DNA of 64,000 nucleotides, from positions 198,349-262,348 of the forward strand of contig NZ_JBHFEI010000008.1 of assembly GCF_041928815.1 (NCBI RefSeq), read 5' to 3'. The notes below the pieces were generated by a model. That model was not told the DNA's origin and searched no databases. It saw only the letters and a list, made by a program, of their open reading frames with translations. Each line of letters starts with the position of its first letter. The stretch's first letter is position 1. Positions 47,266-57,652 of this stretch are shown piece after piece. Position numbers and translations under genes: made by a program. Origin of the DNA: Ciceribacter sp. sgz301302. Its GTDB lineage: Bacteria > Pseudomonadota > Alphaproteobacteria > Rhizobiales > Rhizobiaceae.

Positions 47266-49607
47266 GCAAGGCGCCCCGCGATTCCGCCGCCGGAAAGCCG
47301 CCGCGCAAGGGCGGGCGCGGCGGGTTGCCCGACCTTCAGGCGCATCCGCCGATCATCCAGGGCGTGGTGCCGCCGCGCGACGTGCTGCTGCGCTTCATCA
47401 GCGAGAACCCCGACCGGGCCTCCAAGCGCGAGATTTCCAAGGCTTTCGGCCTCAAGGGTGACACCCGCGTCGAGCTGAAGACGCTGCTGCGCGACCTTGA
47501 GGCCGACGGCATGGTCGAGAAGAAGCGCAAGTCGCTGGTCCGGCCCGGCGCGCTGCCGCCGATGACCGTGCTCGACATCACGTCCCGCGACAAGGACGGC
47601 GAGCTGATCGGCCGGCCGGCCGAGTGGCCGGACGACGGCTCGGTCGCGCCCGCCGTACTGATCCGCCAGTCGGCGTCGGGCGCCTCGAAGACGAAGGCGC
47701 CGGTCGGCGGCCTCGGCGACCGGGTGCTGGCGAAGATCTTCCCGGCGAAGGAACGCGGCGGACCGGCCTACACGGCCAGGATCGTCAAGGTGCTCGACCG
47801 GCGCCAGAACGCCGCCCTCGGCGTGCTGCGCCTCAATCCGGACGGCAGCGGCCGGATCATGCCGATCGAAAGGCGCGGCGAGGAACTGGTCGTCGAGGCC
47901 GAGGATCGCGGCGCGGCCGCCGACGGCGACCTCGTCTCGGCCGAGGTGATCCGCAGCGGCCGCTTCGGCCTGCCGCGCGCGCGCGTCGCCTCGGTCATCG
48001 GTTCCGTCGCCTCGGAAAAGGCGATCTCGATGATCGCCATCCATGCCCATGGCATCCCCTATATCTTCCCGGATGCGGTGCTGAAGGAGGCCGAAGACGC
48101 CGGCCCGGCGACGGTGGCGAAGCGCGAGGACTGGCGTTCCCTGCCGCTCGTCACCATCGACCCGGCCGATGCCAAGGATCACGACGACGCCGTCCACGCC
48201 GAGCCCGACCCCTCGCCCGACAATCCCGACGGCGTGATCGTCACGGTCGCCATCGCCGACGTCTCCTGGTATGTCCGGCCGAGATCGGCGCTCGACCGCG
48301 AGGCGCTGAAGCGCGGCAACTCCGTCTATTTCCCCGATCGCGTCGTGCCGATGCTGCCCGAGCGCATCTCCAACGACCTCTGCTCGCTGAAGGAAGGCGT
48401 CGACCGCCCGGCGCTCGCCGTGCGCATGCGCTTCTCGAAGGAGGGCCGCAAGGCGGGCCACACCTTCCACCGGATCATGATGCGCAGCGCGGCGAAGCTC
48501 TCCTACCAGCAGGCTCAGGCCGCGATCGACGGAAGCCCGGACGACAAAACCGGCCCGATCCTCGAGGCGATCCTGAAGCCGCTCTGGCACGCCTATGGTC
48601 TCCTGTCGCGCGGCCGCGAACGGCGCCAGCCGCTCGAGCTCAACATGCCGGAGCGCAAGATCCTGCTGAAGCCGGACGGCACCGTCGACCGGGTCCTGGT
48701 GCCCGACCGCCTCGACGCCCACCGGCTGATCGAGGAGATGATGATCCAGGCAAACGTCGCCGCCGCCGAGACGCTGGAGCAGAAGCGCCAGCCGCTGATC
48801 TACCGCGTGCACGATACGCCGTCGCTCGCCAAGCAGGAGACGCTGCGCGAATTCCTCGCGACACTCGACATTTCGCTGGTGAAGGGCGGCAACCTGCGCT
48901 CGAACCATTTCAACGGGATCCTGTCGAAGGCCGAGGGCAAGCCCTACGAGACCATGGTCAACGAGATGGTGCTGCGCTCGCAGAGCCAGGCCGTCTACGC
49001 GCCGGAGAATATCGGCCATTTCGGCCTCAACCTGATGAAATACGCCCATTTTACCTCGCCGATCCGCCGTTATGCCGATCTCATCGTGCACCGGGCGCTG
49101 GTCGGCAGCCTCGGGCTCGGCGAGGGCGGCATCACGCCGGACGAGGAGAAGGATCTCGAGGATATCGCCGCCGAGATTTCCGCCTTCGAACGCCGCGCCA
49201 TGGTGGCCGAGCGGGAGACCGTGGACCGCCTGATCGCCCACCATCTCGCCGGCCGTGTCAACGAGGAGTTCGAGGGCCGGGTCTCGGGTGTCACCAAGGC
49301 AGGCCTCTTCGTCGTGCTGCCCGCCTATGGCGCCGACGGCTTCGTGCCGATCTCGACGCTCGGGCGCGACTATTTCATCTTCGACGAGGCGCGCCAGGCC
49401 CTCGTCGGCGAGAAGACCGGGCTCGGCTACCGGCTCGGCGACACGGTCCGGGTCAAACTGGCCGAGGCGATACCGCTCGCGGGTGCGCTGCGCTTCGAGA
49501 TGGAAAGCGAAGGGCGCAAGATGCCGGTGGCGACGCGCTCGTTCCACAAGAGCGGACGGCGTGCGCAGCGGCAGCCGGGTATCCGGCCGCCGCGTGGCCG
49601 GCGCTGA
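47262..49607 (+). CDS. rnr: Ribonuclease R (RNB family exoribonuclease)
   Basis: RNB catalytic motifs (IDPADAKDHDDAVHAE..., YFPDRVVPMLPE), C-terminal S1. Proposed TTG start overlaps the topA stop; start uncertain. Confidence 0.9.
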   Translation: MSKAPRDSAAGKPPRKGGRGGLPDLQAHPPIIQGVVPPRDVLLRFISENPDRASKREISKAFGLKGDTRVELKTLLRDLEADGMVEKKRKSLVRPGALPPMTVLDITSRDKDGELIGRPAEWPDDGSVAPAVLIRQSASGASKTKAPVGGLGDRVLAKIFPAKERGGPAYTARIVKVLDRRQNAALGVLRLNPDGSGRIMPIERRGEELVVEAEDRGAAADGDLVSAEVIRSGRFGLPRARVASVIGSVASEKAISMIAIHAHGIPYIFPDAVLKEAEDAGPATVAKREDWRSLPLVTIDPADAKDHDDAVHAEPDPSPDNPDGVIVTVAIADVSWYVRPRSALDREALKRGNSVYFPDRVVPMLPERISNDLCSLKEGVDRPALAVRMRFSKEGRKAGHTFHRIMMRSAAKLSYQQAQAAIDGSPDDKTGPILEAILKPLWHAYGLLSRGRERRQPLELNMPERKILLKPDGTVDRVLVPDRLDAHRLIEEMMIQANVAAAETLEQKRQPLIYRVHDTPSLAKQETLREFLATLDISLVKGGNLRSNHFNGILSKAEGKPYETMVNEMVLRSQSQAVYAPENIGHFGLNLMKYAHFTSPIRRYADLIVHRALVGSLGLGEGGITPDEEKDLEDIAAEISAFERRAMVAERETVDRLIAHHLAGRVNEEFEGRVSGVTKAGLFVVLPAYGADGFVPISTLGRDYFIFDEARQALVGEKTGLGYRLGDTVRVKLAEAIPLAGALRFEMESEGRKMPVATRSFHKSGRRAQRQPGIRPPRGRR

Positions 49608-49632
49608 CCGGAAGGAAAGGGAGAGAACCGCC

Positions 49633-50094
49633 ATGACGGGCCAGAGCGGCGAACACGAGACACTGCGGCTTTCCGGCGACGCGCAGGAAGAGCGCCCAAC
49701 CGGGCTGGCGATCCGTCGCGGCCTGTCGAACCGCTGCCCGGCCTGCGGAGAGGGCCGGCTCTTCCGTGCCTTCCTCAAGACGGTCGAGCGTTGCGACCGC
49801 TGCGGCGAGCGCATGGACCATCACCGCGCCGATGACTTTCCGCCCTATATCACCGTCACCATCATGGGCCATCTCGTGCTTGCCGGCTACATGGCGACCG
49901 ATCTCGTCAGCTCGCTGAACAGCTGGCAGCATCTCGCCATCTGGGTGCCGGTGACGATCGTCGGCTCGCTGCTGCTGATGCAGCCGGTGAAGGGCGGCGT
50001 CGTCGGGCTGCAATGGGCGCTTCGCATGCACGGCTTCAGCGGCGAGGAGGACGGACCGGCGGACGCGTTGCGCCCGGACGGATCGGCGCGCTGA
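49633..50094 (+). CDS. DUF983-family membrane protein with N-terminal Zn-ribbon
   Basis: CPACGEGRLF...CDRCGERMDHHRADDFPPY followed by TM helices. GGGAGAG RBS. Confidence 0.7.
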   Translation: MTGQSGEHETLRLSGDAQEERPTGLAIRRGLSNRCPACGEGRLFRAFLKTVERCDRCGERMDHHRADDFPPYITVTIMGHLVLAGYMATDLVSSLNSWQHLAIWVPVTIVGSLLLMQPVKGGVVGLQWALRMHGFSGEEDGPADALRPDGSAR

Positions 50095-50098
50095 CGCC

Positions 50099-50788
50099 GT
50101 GAGCGCCCGCGTGCCGGCGACCGGGCCGCACCCGACCGAACGCCGACCTGCCATCGCCGCGAGCCTCGTGCTGCTCGACCGGTCGCAGCGTCATATCCGC
50201 GTGCTGCTCGGGCGGCGCAGCCAGGCTCATGCGTTCATGCCGGGATACCATGTCTTTCCCGGCGGGCGGCGGGATCCCGGTGATCACCGCCTCCCGCATG
50301 AGGGCGCATTGCCGCCGGCGGATGCCGCGCGGCTGAAGCGGGCGTTGCGGACCGCCTCGCCTCTCGCGGCGGCCGCGGTGGCGATCGCGGCCTGGCGCGA
50401 ACTCCACGAGGAAACCGGCCTCTGCCCCGTCGGCGAAAACATCACACCCGGTCCCCGCCTTCCCTTTCTTCCCGATCTCACAAACATGCGGTATATGGCG
50501 CGGGCCATCACGCCGCCCGGCCATGTGCGGCGCTACGACACGCATTTCTTCGTCCTGTTCGCCGACGCCGCGAACATCGACATCACCCGCGCGAGGAGCG
50601 GACCGGAGCTTGAGGACATCGGCTGGCATGCGCTCGATACATTGTCCGGCCTCAGCCTCGCCGGTATCACGCAGTGCATTCTCGAGGAGGTGCGCGCCCG
50701 CCTGCGCGCCGATCCGTCCCTCACCGCGAACCTGCCCGTTCCCGTCTACCGAAGCGTCCGGCAAAGCCTCGTCCGCGACCTTCTTTGA
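50099..50788 (+). CDS. NUDIX hydrolase
   Basis: Nudix box (AAWRELHEETGL). Start (GTG at 50099) uncertain. Confidence 0.7.
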   Translation: MSARVPATGPHPTERRPAIAASLVLLDRSQRHIRVLLGRRSQAHAFMPGYHVFPGGRRDPGDHRLPHEGALPPADAARLKRALRTASPLAAAAVAIAAWRELHEETGLCPVGENITPGPRLPFLPDLTNMRYMARAITPPGHVRRYDTHFFVLFADAANIDITRARSGPELEDIGWHALDTLSGLSLAGITQCILEEVRARLRADPSLTANLPVPVYRSVRQSLVRDLL

Positions 50789-50800
50789 GGAATCACCTGC

Positions 50801-51985
50801 ATGAACCAGCCCGCGCCTTGCGCGCCGAGCGCGGACGAACGCATCCGCTGGCCGTCCTTGATCGCCGCCGTCGCGGCCATCAGTGCCGTCGGCATCGCCA
50901 TCGGCCTCGGCCTGCCGCTTCTCAGCATCATCATGGAGAAGCGCGGCATCTCCTCGACGATGATCGGGCTCAATTCGGCGATGGCCGGCCTCGCCTCGAT
51001 GGCGGCGGCGCCCTTCACCACCAAGCTCGCCCACCGCTTCGGCACGGCCAACACCATGCTCTGGGCCGTGATGTTCGCGGCGATCAGCGCCATGGGCTTC
51101 TACTACATAGAAAACTTCCTCCTCTGGTTTCCGCTGCGGGTCGTCTTCCACGGCGCCATCACCGTGCTGTTCATCCTGTCGGAATTCTGGATCAACGCCA
51201 CCGCGCCGCCCGGCAAGCGCGGTCTCGTGCTCGGCATCTACGGGACGGTGCTCTCGCTCGGCTTCGCGACCGGCCCCCTGCTCTTCTCGCTACTCGGCAG
51301 CGAGGGCGTGGCGCCCTTTGCCGTCGGCGCCGGCGTCATCCTGCTCGCCGCCATTCCCGTCTTTCTGGCACGGGCGGAAAGCCCGATCCTCGACGAGAAG
51401 CCGGAACTGCATTTCTTGCGCTACATCTTCCTCGTGCCGACGGCGACGGCGGCGGTCTTCGTCTTCGGCGCGGTCGAATCGGGCGGCCTGTCGCTGTTTC
51501 CGATCTTCGGCACACGAACCGGGTTCACCGAATCGCAGGCCGCCCTGCTTCTCACCGTGATGGGAATCGGCAACGTCATCTTCCAGATCCCGCTCGGCCT
51601 CCTCTCCGACCGCATCTCCGACCGGCGCAACCTTCTCGCCGGCATGACGATCATCGGCATGGTCGGCGCCATCTGCCTGCCGGTTCTCGCGGAAAACTGG
51701 ATGCTGATGGCCGTCGTCCTCCTGTTCTGGGGCGGCTGCGTCTCCGGCCTCTACACGGTCGGCCTCAGCCATCTCGGCTCGCGGCTGAGCGGCGCCGATC
51801 TCGCAGCGGCGAATGCCGCCTTCATCTTCTGCTATGCGGTCGGCACGGTCGCAGGCCCCCAGGCGATCGGCGCGGCGATGGATCTGACGGGCAACAACGG
51901 CTTTGCCTGGGCGATCGCCGGCTTCTTCGGGCTTTATGTGCTGCTTTCGGTCGTCCGCATCATCGTCAAACCAAAACGGGCTTGA
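50801..51985 (+). CDS. MFS transporter
   Basis: 12-TM pattern, 394 aa, GAGGAA RBS. Confidence 0.8.
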   Translation: MNQPAPCAPSADERIRWPSLIAAVAAISAVGIAIGLGLPLLSIIMEKRGISSTMIGLNSAMAGLASMAAAPFTTKLAHRFGTANTMLWAVMFAAISAMGFYYIENFLLWFPLRVVFHGAITVLFILSEFWINATAPPGKRGLVLGIYGTVLSLGFATGPLLFSLLGSEGVAPFAVGAGVILLAAIPVFLARAESPILDEKPELHFLRYIFLVPTATAAVFVFGAVESGGLSLFPIFGTRTGFTESQAALLLTVMGIGNVIFQIPLGLLSDRISDRRNLLAGMTIIGMVGAICLPVLAENWMLMAVVLLFWGGCVSGLYTVGLSHLGSRLSGADLAAANAAFIFCYAVGTVAGPQAIGAAMDLTGNNGFAWAIAGFFGLYVLLSVVRIIVKPKRA

Positions 51986-52073
51986 CTTTTCAGGCGCGAT
52001 TTGTAGTTTCGCGCCAGTTCAACCGTGGCGATTCCGGCTGTCCACGGCATCATTTTTTAAAGGCAAGACGACC

Positions 52074-52241
52074 ATGGCAAAAGCAACCACCATCAAGATC
52101 AAGCTGTTGTCGACGGCCGACACGGGTTTCTTCTACGTGACGACGAAGAACAGCCGCACGATGACCGACAAGATGAAGAAGACCAAGTACGATCCGATCG
52201 CGCGCAAGCACGTCGAATTCAAGGAAACGAAGATCAAGTAA
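52074..52241 (+). CDS. rpmG: 50S ribosomal protein L33
   Basis: [55 protein letters not shown], 55 aa. Confidence 0.9.
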   Translation: MAKATTIKIKLLSTADTGFFYVTTKNSRTMTDKMKKTKYDPIARKHVEFKETKIK

Positions 52242-52277
52242 GCCGCACGTTACGGCAGAACCTTCTGTTCGAAGACA

Positions 52278-52311
52278 GGGCGCCCGCAGAGATGCGAGGC
52301 GCCCTTTTGTT
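52278..52311 (+). terminator. Intrinsic terminator after rpmG (GGGCGCC...GGCGCCC + TTTTGTT)
   Basis: GC hairpin followed by a T-rich tract 37 nt after the stop. Confidence 0.65.
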
Positions 52312-52634
52312 GTCGGGATCATTTCAGGCGTGGAGGATGGATGCGCTCAGGCGCGCTTGCTTGAGGGAAAACAGAGGATCACACCCCAAAGCCTGTCGCG
52401 ATCTTTCAGTTTCGCTGGTCCGCTTTAGGCTTTTGCTTTTACGCATGTTTTTCGCAAAACCGCTGCACACTTTTGCGAAACATGTTTAGGGACGGAGAGC
52501 CGCTGTTCCGTTCCCCGGCAGCGACAAGGCCGGTCCCGGCGCGTGCCGCGATCGTTGAGAGTCGCGCATATGCTTTCGATCTTGTTTTCACGCGCGACGC
52601 CGTTGCGGCGCCCGCCTCTTCACCAACGAAAAAA

Positions 52635-52664
52635 GCCACCTCAAGGAGGTGGCTTTTTGAATTG
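52635..52664. terminator. Bidirectional intrinsic terminator (A6-GCCACCTC-AAGG-GAGGTGGC-T5)
   Basis: Perfect 8-bp stem, 4-nt loop, flanked by A-tract and T-tract. Confidence 0.75.
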
Positions 52665-52782
52665 GGGGCCGGTCAGGACAGGAAGACGGCACGAGGAACC
52701 GCAAACAACCCGCTGACCGGCCAACCCCACGACCCAGGAGATGCGGCGGACCTGAGCATCATGGGGTAAGCAAAATTGTTGT

Positions 52783-52805
52783 CCCACAGGGTGGGCTGTT
52801 TTTCG
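52783..52805 (+). terminator. Second plus-strand intrinsic terminator (CCCAC-AGG-GTGGG + CTGTTTTT)
   Basis: Hairpin plus T-tract ~140 nt downstream of the bidirectional terminator. Delimits a candidate sRNA. Confidence 0.5.
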
Positions 52806-53247
52806 TCTGAAGCGACAATCGCGCAATCTGTGTAAAAAATCAACGTAATCTTAAGAAGGAACCGATTTTTCGTTCAACCGTGGTTAATTTTGGAGCACCG
52901 GAGAAGGAATTGACCTCCGGCAGACTCCGCTCCGGCTCCGGTCGACTCGAAACGGATCAGGTGGAAAAGCAACGCGTCATTTGCCGGACATCCCTGGCAA
53001 TTTCCCGCAGTCACGGCGCTCCAGATTCAACCCATTGAAAACAATTATCTATTTTTAATCTTCCGCAACCGATGACGGATGTGTGCCACGCCGGAGCACC
53101 CAAAGAATCCGGTGCATTGTTTTAGGCAATACTCAAAATGTGCTTGCGAGTCGTTCGATGCCCGCGCGGGCGTCGGTCGGGCGCTGAACCGCGCCGCCTG
53201 TGGAAAAAGACGCGGACCGGCCTTCCCTACCCGCCCCTCACGGCGAA

Positions 53248-54615
53248 TCAGGCGGCGATCGCCACCACCTGGTTGCGGCCGTTGCGCTTGGCCTGGTAGA
53301 GCGCCGTGTCGGCGCGCTTCAGCACCGCCTCCGGCGTGTCTTCCGCCAGATTGAACGAAGCGATGCCGAGCGAGGCGGTGATCGAGAGCGACGGCGCGTC
53401 GCCGGGCAGCGCGAAGGGTTTCGTCTCGACGGACAGGCGCAGCCGTTCGGCGACCACGGCCGCGACCTCTGCGGTCGTATCCGGCATCACGACGACGAAC
53501 TCCTCGCCGCCGAACCGGCAGGCGAGATCCGCGCCCCGCACCGCCGAACGGACGCGATGGGCGAACTCGCGCAAAACCTCGTCGCCGGCATCGTGGCCAT
53601 AGGTATCGTTGACCGACTTGAACCGGTCGATGTCGGTGATGAAGAGAGACAGCGGCTTGCCCCGCGCCGCCGCGCGGTCTGCGAGAAGCTTCAGATGGCT
53701 GTCGAGATAACGGCGGTTGTGCAGGCCGGTCAGCGGATCGGTCACGGCGAGCTCGATCGTGTGCTGGACGCTGGCGCGCAGGCGATCGTTGAAATGCTTG
53801 CGGCGGATCTGCGTCAGGCTGCGCGCCAGGAGTTCGTTCGGATCGACGGGGCGGACGATGTAGTCTGTGACGCCGAGTTCCAGCGCGCGCACCACCATGT
53901 CGTCCTGGCCCTGTTCGATGACGAGCAGGATCGGGATGAAGCGCGTCCGCTCCAGCGAGCGGAGCTGCGAGCAGAGGCGCAGCGGATCGTAGTCGGGGAA
54001 GTTCGAATTGACGATGACGAGGTCGAACGGGTTTTCCGCCGCCTCGAAGAGCGCCGCCTGCGGGTCGGAAATGCCGGTCACCTGCGCGACCGGCTTCAGT
54101 GCCCGCGCGATTCGCTCCTGCGAACTGGCGCGGCCGTCGACGATCAGCACGTTGCCCGGTTCCGTCAGCGTGTCGTAGCGCCCGAGATCCTGGAGTCCGA
54201 TCGAATGGGCGGTCTCGGCGCGCAGACGCAGCTCGTCGCTGACATTCTTCAGCCGGACGAGGCTCTTCACCCGCGAGATGAGCTGGAGATCGTTGACCGG
54301 CTTGGTCAGGAAATCGTCGGCGCCGGCCTTCAGGCCGCGGACGCGGTCGGAGGGCTGGTCGAGCGCCGTCACCATGACCACGGGGATATGGGCGGTGCGC
54401 GGATTGGCCTTCAGCCGCTCGCAAACCTCGAACCCGTCGATGCCCGGCATCATGATGTCGAGCAGGATGAGATCGACCTGGGTACGGTCGCAGATGTCGA
54501 GCGCGGTGTGACCGTCCGGCGCGGTCAGCACGTCGAAATACTCGGCGAGAAGCCGCGCCTCGAGCAGTTTGACGTTGGCTGGAATATCGTCGACGACAAG
54601 GATACGCGCGGTCAT
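53248..54615 (-). CDS. pleD: Response regulator PleD-like diguanylate cyclase (REC-REC-GGDEF)
   Basis: Two receiver domains (ILVVDDIPANVKLLE...D...; second degenerate) and GGDEF domain with RFGGEEF active site. Confidence 0.9.
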   Translation of the reverse strand: MTARILVVDDIPANVKLLEARLLAEYFDVLTAPDGHTALDICDRTQVDLILLDIMMPGIDGFEVCERLKANPRTAHIPVVMVTALDQPSDRVRGLKAGADDFLTKPVNDLQLISRVKSLVRLKNVSDELRLRAETAHSIGLQDLGRYDTLTEPGNVLIVDGRASSQERIARALKPVAQVTGISDPQAALFEAAENPFDLVIVNSNFPDYDPLRLCSQLRSLERTRFIPILLVIEQGQDDMVVRALELGVTDYIVRPVDPNELLARSLTQIRRKHFNDRLRASVQHTIELAVTDPLTGLHNRRYLDSHLKLLADRAAARGKPLSLFITDIDRFKSVNDTYGHDAGDEVLREFAHRVRSAVRGADLACRFGGEEFVVVMPDTTAEVAAVVAERLRLSVETKPFALPGDAPSLSITASLGIASFNLAEDTPEAVLKRADTALYQAKRNGRNQVVAIAA

Positions 54616-54632
54616 TCGAACTGTCCTGCCAT

Positions 54633-55004
54633 TCAGGCATCGCCCAGATAGGTTTTGATCGTCTCGATGAATTTCGGCACCGAGATCGGCTTGGAGACAT
54701 AGGCCTCGCAACCGCCCTGACGGATGCGCTCCTCGTCGCCCTTCATCGCGAAGGCGGTGACGGCGATCACGGGGATCACATGCAGTTCATCGTCTTCCTT
54801 CAGCCATTTCGTCACCTCGAGGCCGGAGACCTCGGGCAACTGGATGTCCATCAGGATGAGGTCCGGCCGGTGCTTGCGGGCAAGTTCCAGCGCCTCCATG
54901 CCGTTGCGGGTCTGGATCGTCGCATAGCCCGACGCCTCGATCAGGTCGCGGAAGAGCTTCATGTTCAGCTCGTTGTCTTCGACGATCATGACCTGCTTGG
55001 GCAT
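54633..55004 (-). CDS. divK: Single-domain response regulator DivK-like
   Basis: [27 protein letters not shown]...[16 protein letters not shown], 123 aa, immediately upstream of pleD. Confidence 0.85.
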   Translation of the reverse strand: MPKQVMIVEDNELNMKLFRDLIEASGYATIQTRNGMEALELARKHRPDLILMDIQLPEVSGLEVTKWLKEDDELHVIPVIAVTAFAMKGDEERIRQGGCEAYVSKPISVPKFIETIKTYLGDA

Positions 55005-55165
55005 TGCGATACCTTCATCTTTCCCTGCCGTCCGTCAGCCGGTATAAACGATCGAGCACAGGCGAAGGGTCTTGTCCGTTCCCGTGTCCACACGCCGTCG
55101 TAAACGCATGGCCAACCCTCGGCCCGAGGGCGTTGCGGCCGCTCCGGTATTGAGGCTAGACCGAT

Positions 55166-55498
55166 TTGGTTGAAAAAGACGTAACTTACCGGGGAAAAAC
55201 GAAGCCGGCGGCGAAATCCGCGCGGGCGGGCACGGATCCCTCGACGATCGCCGCCGCCCTGCTGGTCTGGCTCGCCTCGGAACCGGATCTGCTTGGCCGC
55301 TTTCTTGCGCTCTCCGGGCTCGACGCGCAGTCGCTGCGCGCGGCCGCCACCGAAGACGGATTCCAGGCGGGACTGATCGACTTCGTCATGGGCAACGAGG
55401 CCGATCTCCTCGCCTTCTGCCAGGCAAGCGGCATCGCGCCGGAAGATGTCGTCCACGCCCATGCCGCCCTTTCGGGCGCGGGGGAGAGCTGGCCATGA
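55166..55498 (+). CDS. Small conserved hypothetical protein (DUF3572-like)
   Basis: 110-aa ORF with apparent TTG start, divergent from divK. Family assignment from memory only. Confidence 0.45.
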   Translation: MVEKDVTYRGKTKPAAKSARAGTDPSTIAAALLVWLASEPDLLGRFLALSGLDAQSLRAAATEDGFQAGLIDFVMGNEADLLAFCQASGIAPEDVVHAHAALSGAGESWP

Positions 55499-56157
55499 GC
55501 GAGGAGCTCTGCTTCGACCACATCCGCCTTTCGGACCGCCCCCTCCTCGTCTGCGACATCGACGAGGTGGTGCTCGAATTCCTGACGCCTTTCGAGAACT
55601 TTCTCGGTGCGCGCGGCCTTCAGCTGCTGCCCCGCTCGTTCCGTCTCCACGGCAACATCCTGCCCGTGGCGGGCGGCGAACCCGCGGGGAAGGACGAGGT
55701 CGACCGGCTGCTCGAGGGCTTCTTCTGCGAGCAGGAGCAATGGCAGGGGCCGGCGGCGTGCGCGGTGGAGACGCTCGCGGCACTGTCGCGGGAAGCCGAT
55801 CTCGTCTTCCTCACCGCCATGCCGCCGCGCCATGCGCTTGCCCGCCGCCGGCTGCTCGACCGTTTCGGGCTCGATTATCCGCTGCTCGCCACCGAGGACG
55901 CCAAGGGGCCGGTCGTGCGCCGGCTGCATGCGGGGCGGCCGCTGCCCGTCGCCTTTCTCGACGACATCGACCGGAACCTCCTGTCGGTGTTCGACCATGT
56001 GCCGGACTGCCTCCTGATCCGCATCATGGCCCATGAAGGCTTCCGCAAGCTCGCCCCCGCCCCCGGCCGTGGCGTGCTGGTCGCCGAGGACTGGCCGTCC
56101 GCCGCCGGCCATATCCGCCAGCATTTCGGGCTTGAGGCGGAGGCGCATCCGGCCTAA
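55495..56157 (+). CDS. Hypothetical protein, possible HAD-superfamily-like hydrolase
   Basis: ATGA-coupled to the upstream ORF. N-terminal LLVCDIDEVVLEF resembles HAD motif I (DxD). Confidence 0.45.
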   Translation: MSEELCFDHIRLSDRPLLVCDIDEVVLEFLTPFENFLGARGLQLLPRSFRLHGNILPVAGGEPAGKDEVDRLLEGFFCEQEQWQGPAACAVETLAALSREADLVFLTAMPPRHALARRRLLDRFGLDYPLLATEDAKGPVVRRLHAGRPLPVAFLDDIDRNLLSVFDHVPDCLLIRIMAHEGFRKLAPAPGRGVLVAEDWPSAAGHIRQHFGLEAEAHPA

Positions 56158-56196
56158 TCTCCTAAACGTTCAAGTTTTGTTCCCGTCGGTGTCCCC

Positions 56197-57486
56197 ATGG
56201 ATCAGGAAGCGCATGCCGGTGCGGGTTTCTGCCGGGACTGTCTGACGCCGGACGTCCGGACGATGCCGCGTTGCGCGGCCTGCGGCAGCCCGCGCGTTCT
56301 CCGCCATCCCGAACTTCATCGGCTGACCATCGCCCATATCGATTGCGACGCCTTCTACGCCTCCGTCGAGAAGCGCGACAGGCCGGAGCTTGCCGATGTT
56401 CCCGTGATCATCGGCGGCGGCAAACGCGGCGTCGTCTCGACCGCGTGCTACATCGCCCGCATCCACGGGGTGCGCTCCGCCATGCCGATGTTCAAGGCGC
56501 TGGAGGCCTGCCCGCAGGCCGTCGTCATCAAGCCCGACATGGAGAAATATGTCGCCGTCGGTCGGCAGATTCGCGCGATGATGCGCGCGCTGACGCCGCT
56601 GGTGCAGCCGCTCTCGATCGACGAGGCCTTTCTCGACCTCGGCGGGACCGAGCGCCTGCATCGCGACAGCGCGGCGCGAACACTGGCGAAACTCGCGCGG
56701 CAGGTCGAGCGCGAGATCGGCGTCACCGTCTCCGTCGGCCTCTCCTACTGCAAGTTCCTGGCGAAGGTCGCCTCCGACCTGCAGAAACCGCGCGGCTTTT
56801 CCGTGATCGGCGAGGCCGAGGCGCTCGCCTTTCTTCGCGACCGGCCGGTGACGCTGATCTGGGGGGTCGGCAAGGCCTTCGCCGAGACGCTCGCGCGCGA
56901 CGGCATCCGCACCATCGGCCAGTTGCAGCAGATGGACGAGAGCGACCTGATGCGCCGCTACGGCACGATGGGCAAGCGGCTCTCCCAGTTGTCGCGCGGG
57001 AGGGACAGCCGCGCTGTGGATCCGGAGGGCGAGGCCAAAAGCGTATCCTCCGAAACCACTTTTCACGACGACATCCACGACCGCGACGCGCTTGCCGCGC
57101 ACCTGCGGCGCCTGTCGGAGAAGGTGGCGCTCCGGCTGCGTAGTTCCGGCATCGCCGGCCAGACGGTGGTGCTGAAGCTGAAGACGGCGGATTTCCGCAG
57201 CCGCACCCGCAACCGCCGGCTGGACAGTCCGACGCGGCTTGCCGACCGGATCTTTCGCACCGGGCTTTCGCTTCTCGACCGGGAAGCCGACGGAACGGCC
57301 TTCCGCCTCATCGGCATCGGCGTCAGCGATCTTTCCGGCGACGCCCCTTCCGATCCGCCCGATCTCCTCGATCCGCAGGCCGAGCGGCGCGCCCGGGCCG
57401 AGGCGGCGATGGACAGCGTCCGCGATCGTTTCGGCCGCGGGAGCGTCGAGACCGGCTACACCTTCAGCCTCGACCGCAAGCGCTGA
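56197..57486 (+). CDS. dinB: DNA polymerase IV with N-terminal Cys-rich extension
   Basis: Core [21 protein letters not shown]...SIDEAFLDL (Y-family). ~40 aa N-terminal extension contains CRDC...CAAC (C4 zinc-ribbon-like). Confidence 0.85.
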   Translation: MDQEAHAGAGFCRDCLTPDVRTMPRCAACGSPRVLRHPELHRLTIAHIDCDAFYASVEKRDRPELADVPVIIGGGKRGVVSTACYIARIHGVRSAMPMFKALEACPQAVVIKPDMEKYVAVGRQIRAMMRALTPLVQPLSIDEAFLDLGGTERLHRDSAARTLAKLARQVEREIGVTVSVGLSYCKFLAKVASDLQKPRGFSVIGEAEALAFLRDRPVTLIWGVGKAFAETLARDGIRTIGQLQQMDESDLMRRYGTMGKRLSQLSRGRDSRAVDPEGEAKSVSSETTFHDDIHDRDALAAHLRRLSEKVALRLRSSGIAGQTVVLKLKTADFRSRTRNRRLDSPTRLADRIFRTGLSLLDREADGTAFRLIGIGVSDLSGDAPSDPPDLLDPQAERRARAEAAMDSVRDRFGRGSVETGYTFSLDRKR

Positions 57487-57652
57487 GGCCTTCGACCGGG
57501 GATGCGCACATGTCGCATCCCCGGTCGGAGGGCCTCACGGATCACGATGGCGTGAAGATCGGACGGCGCGCCGCCCTGGGCTGCGTGGTCAAAGTTTCCT
57601 TAAGCCTCGATGGCTATCCTGTCCGGGTTTTGTATTGCGTCGGATGTTTGTC

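Noticed and set aside
44503-49814. Large antisense ORFs over topA and rnr (44503..46920 -, 46965..49814 -, 47624..49636 +)
   Set aside because: Artefacts. topA and rnr are clear.
52473-52769. 98-aa ORF in the rpmG-pleD non-coding kilobase
   Set aside because: Reads straight through a strong bidirectional terminator hairpin, with no RBS. Implausible as a gene.
53045-54700. 551-aa minus ORF and 483-aa plus ORF overlapping pleD
   Set aside because: Alternate/antisense frames of pleD. pleD itself has clean REC and GGDEF motifs.
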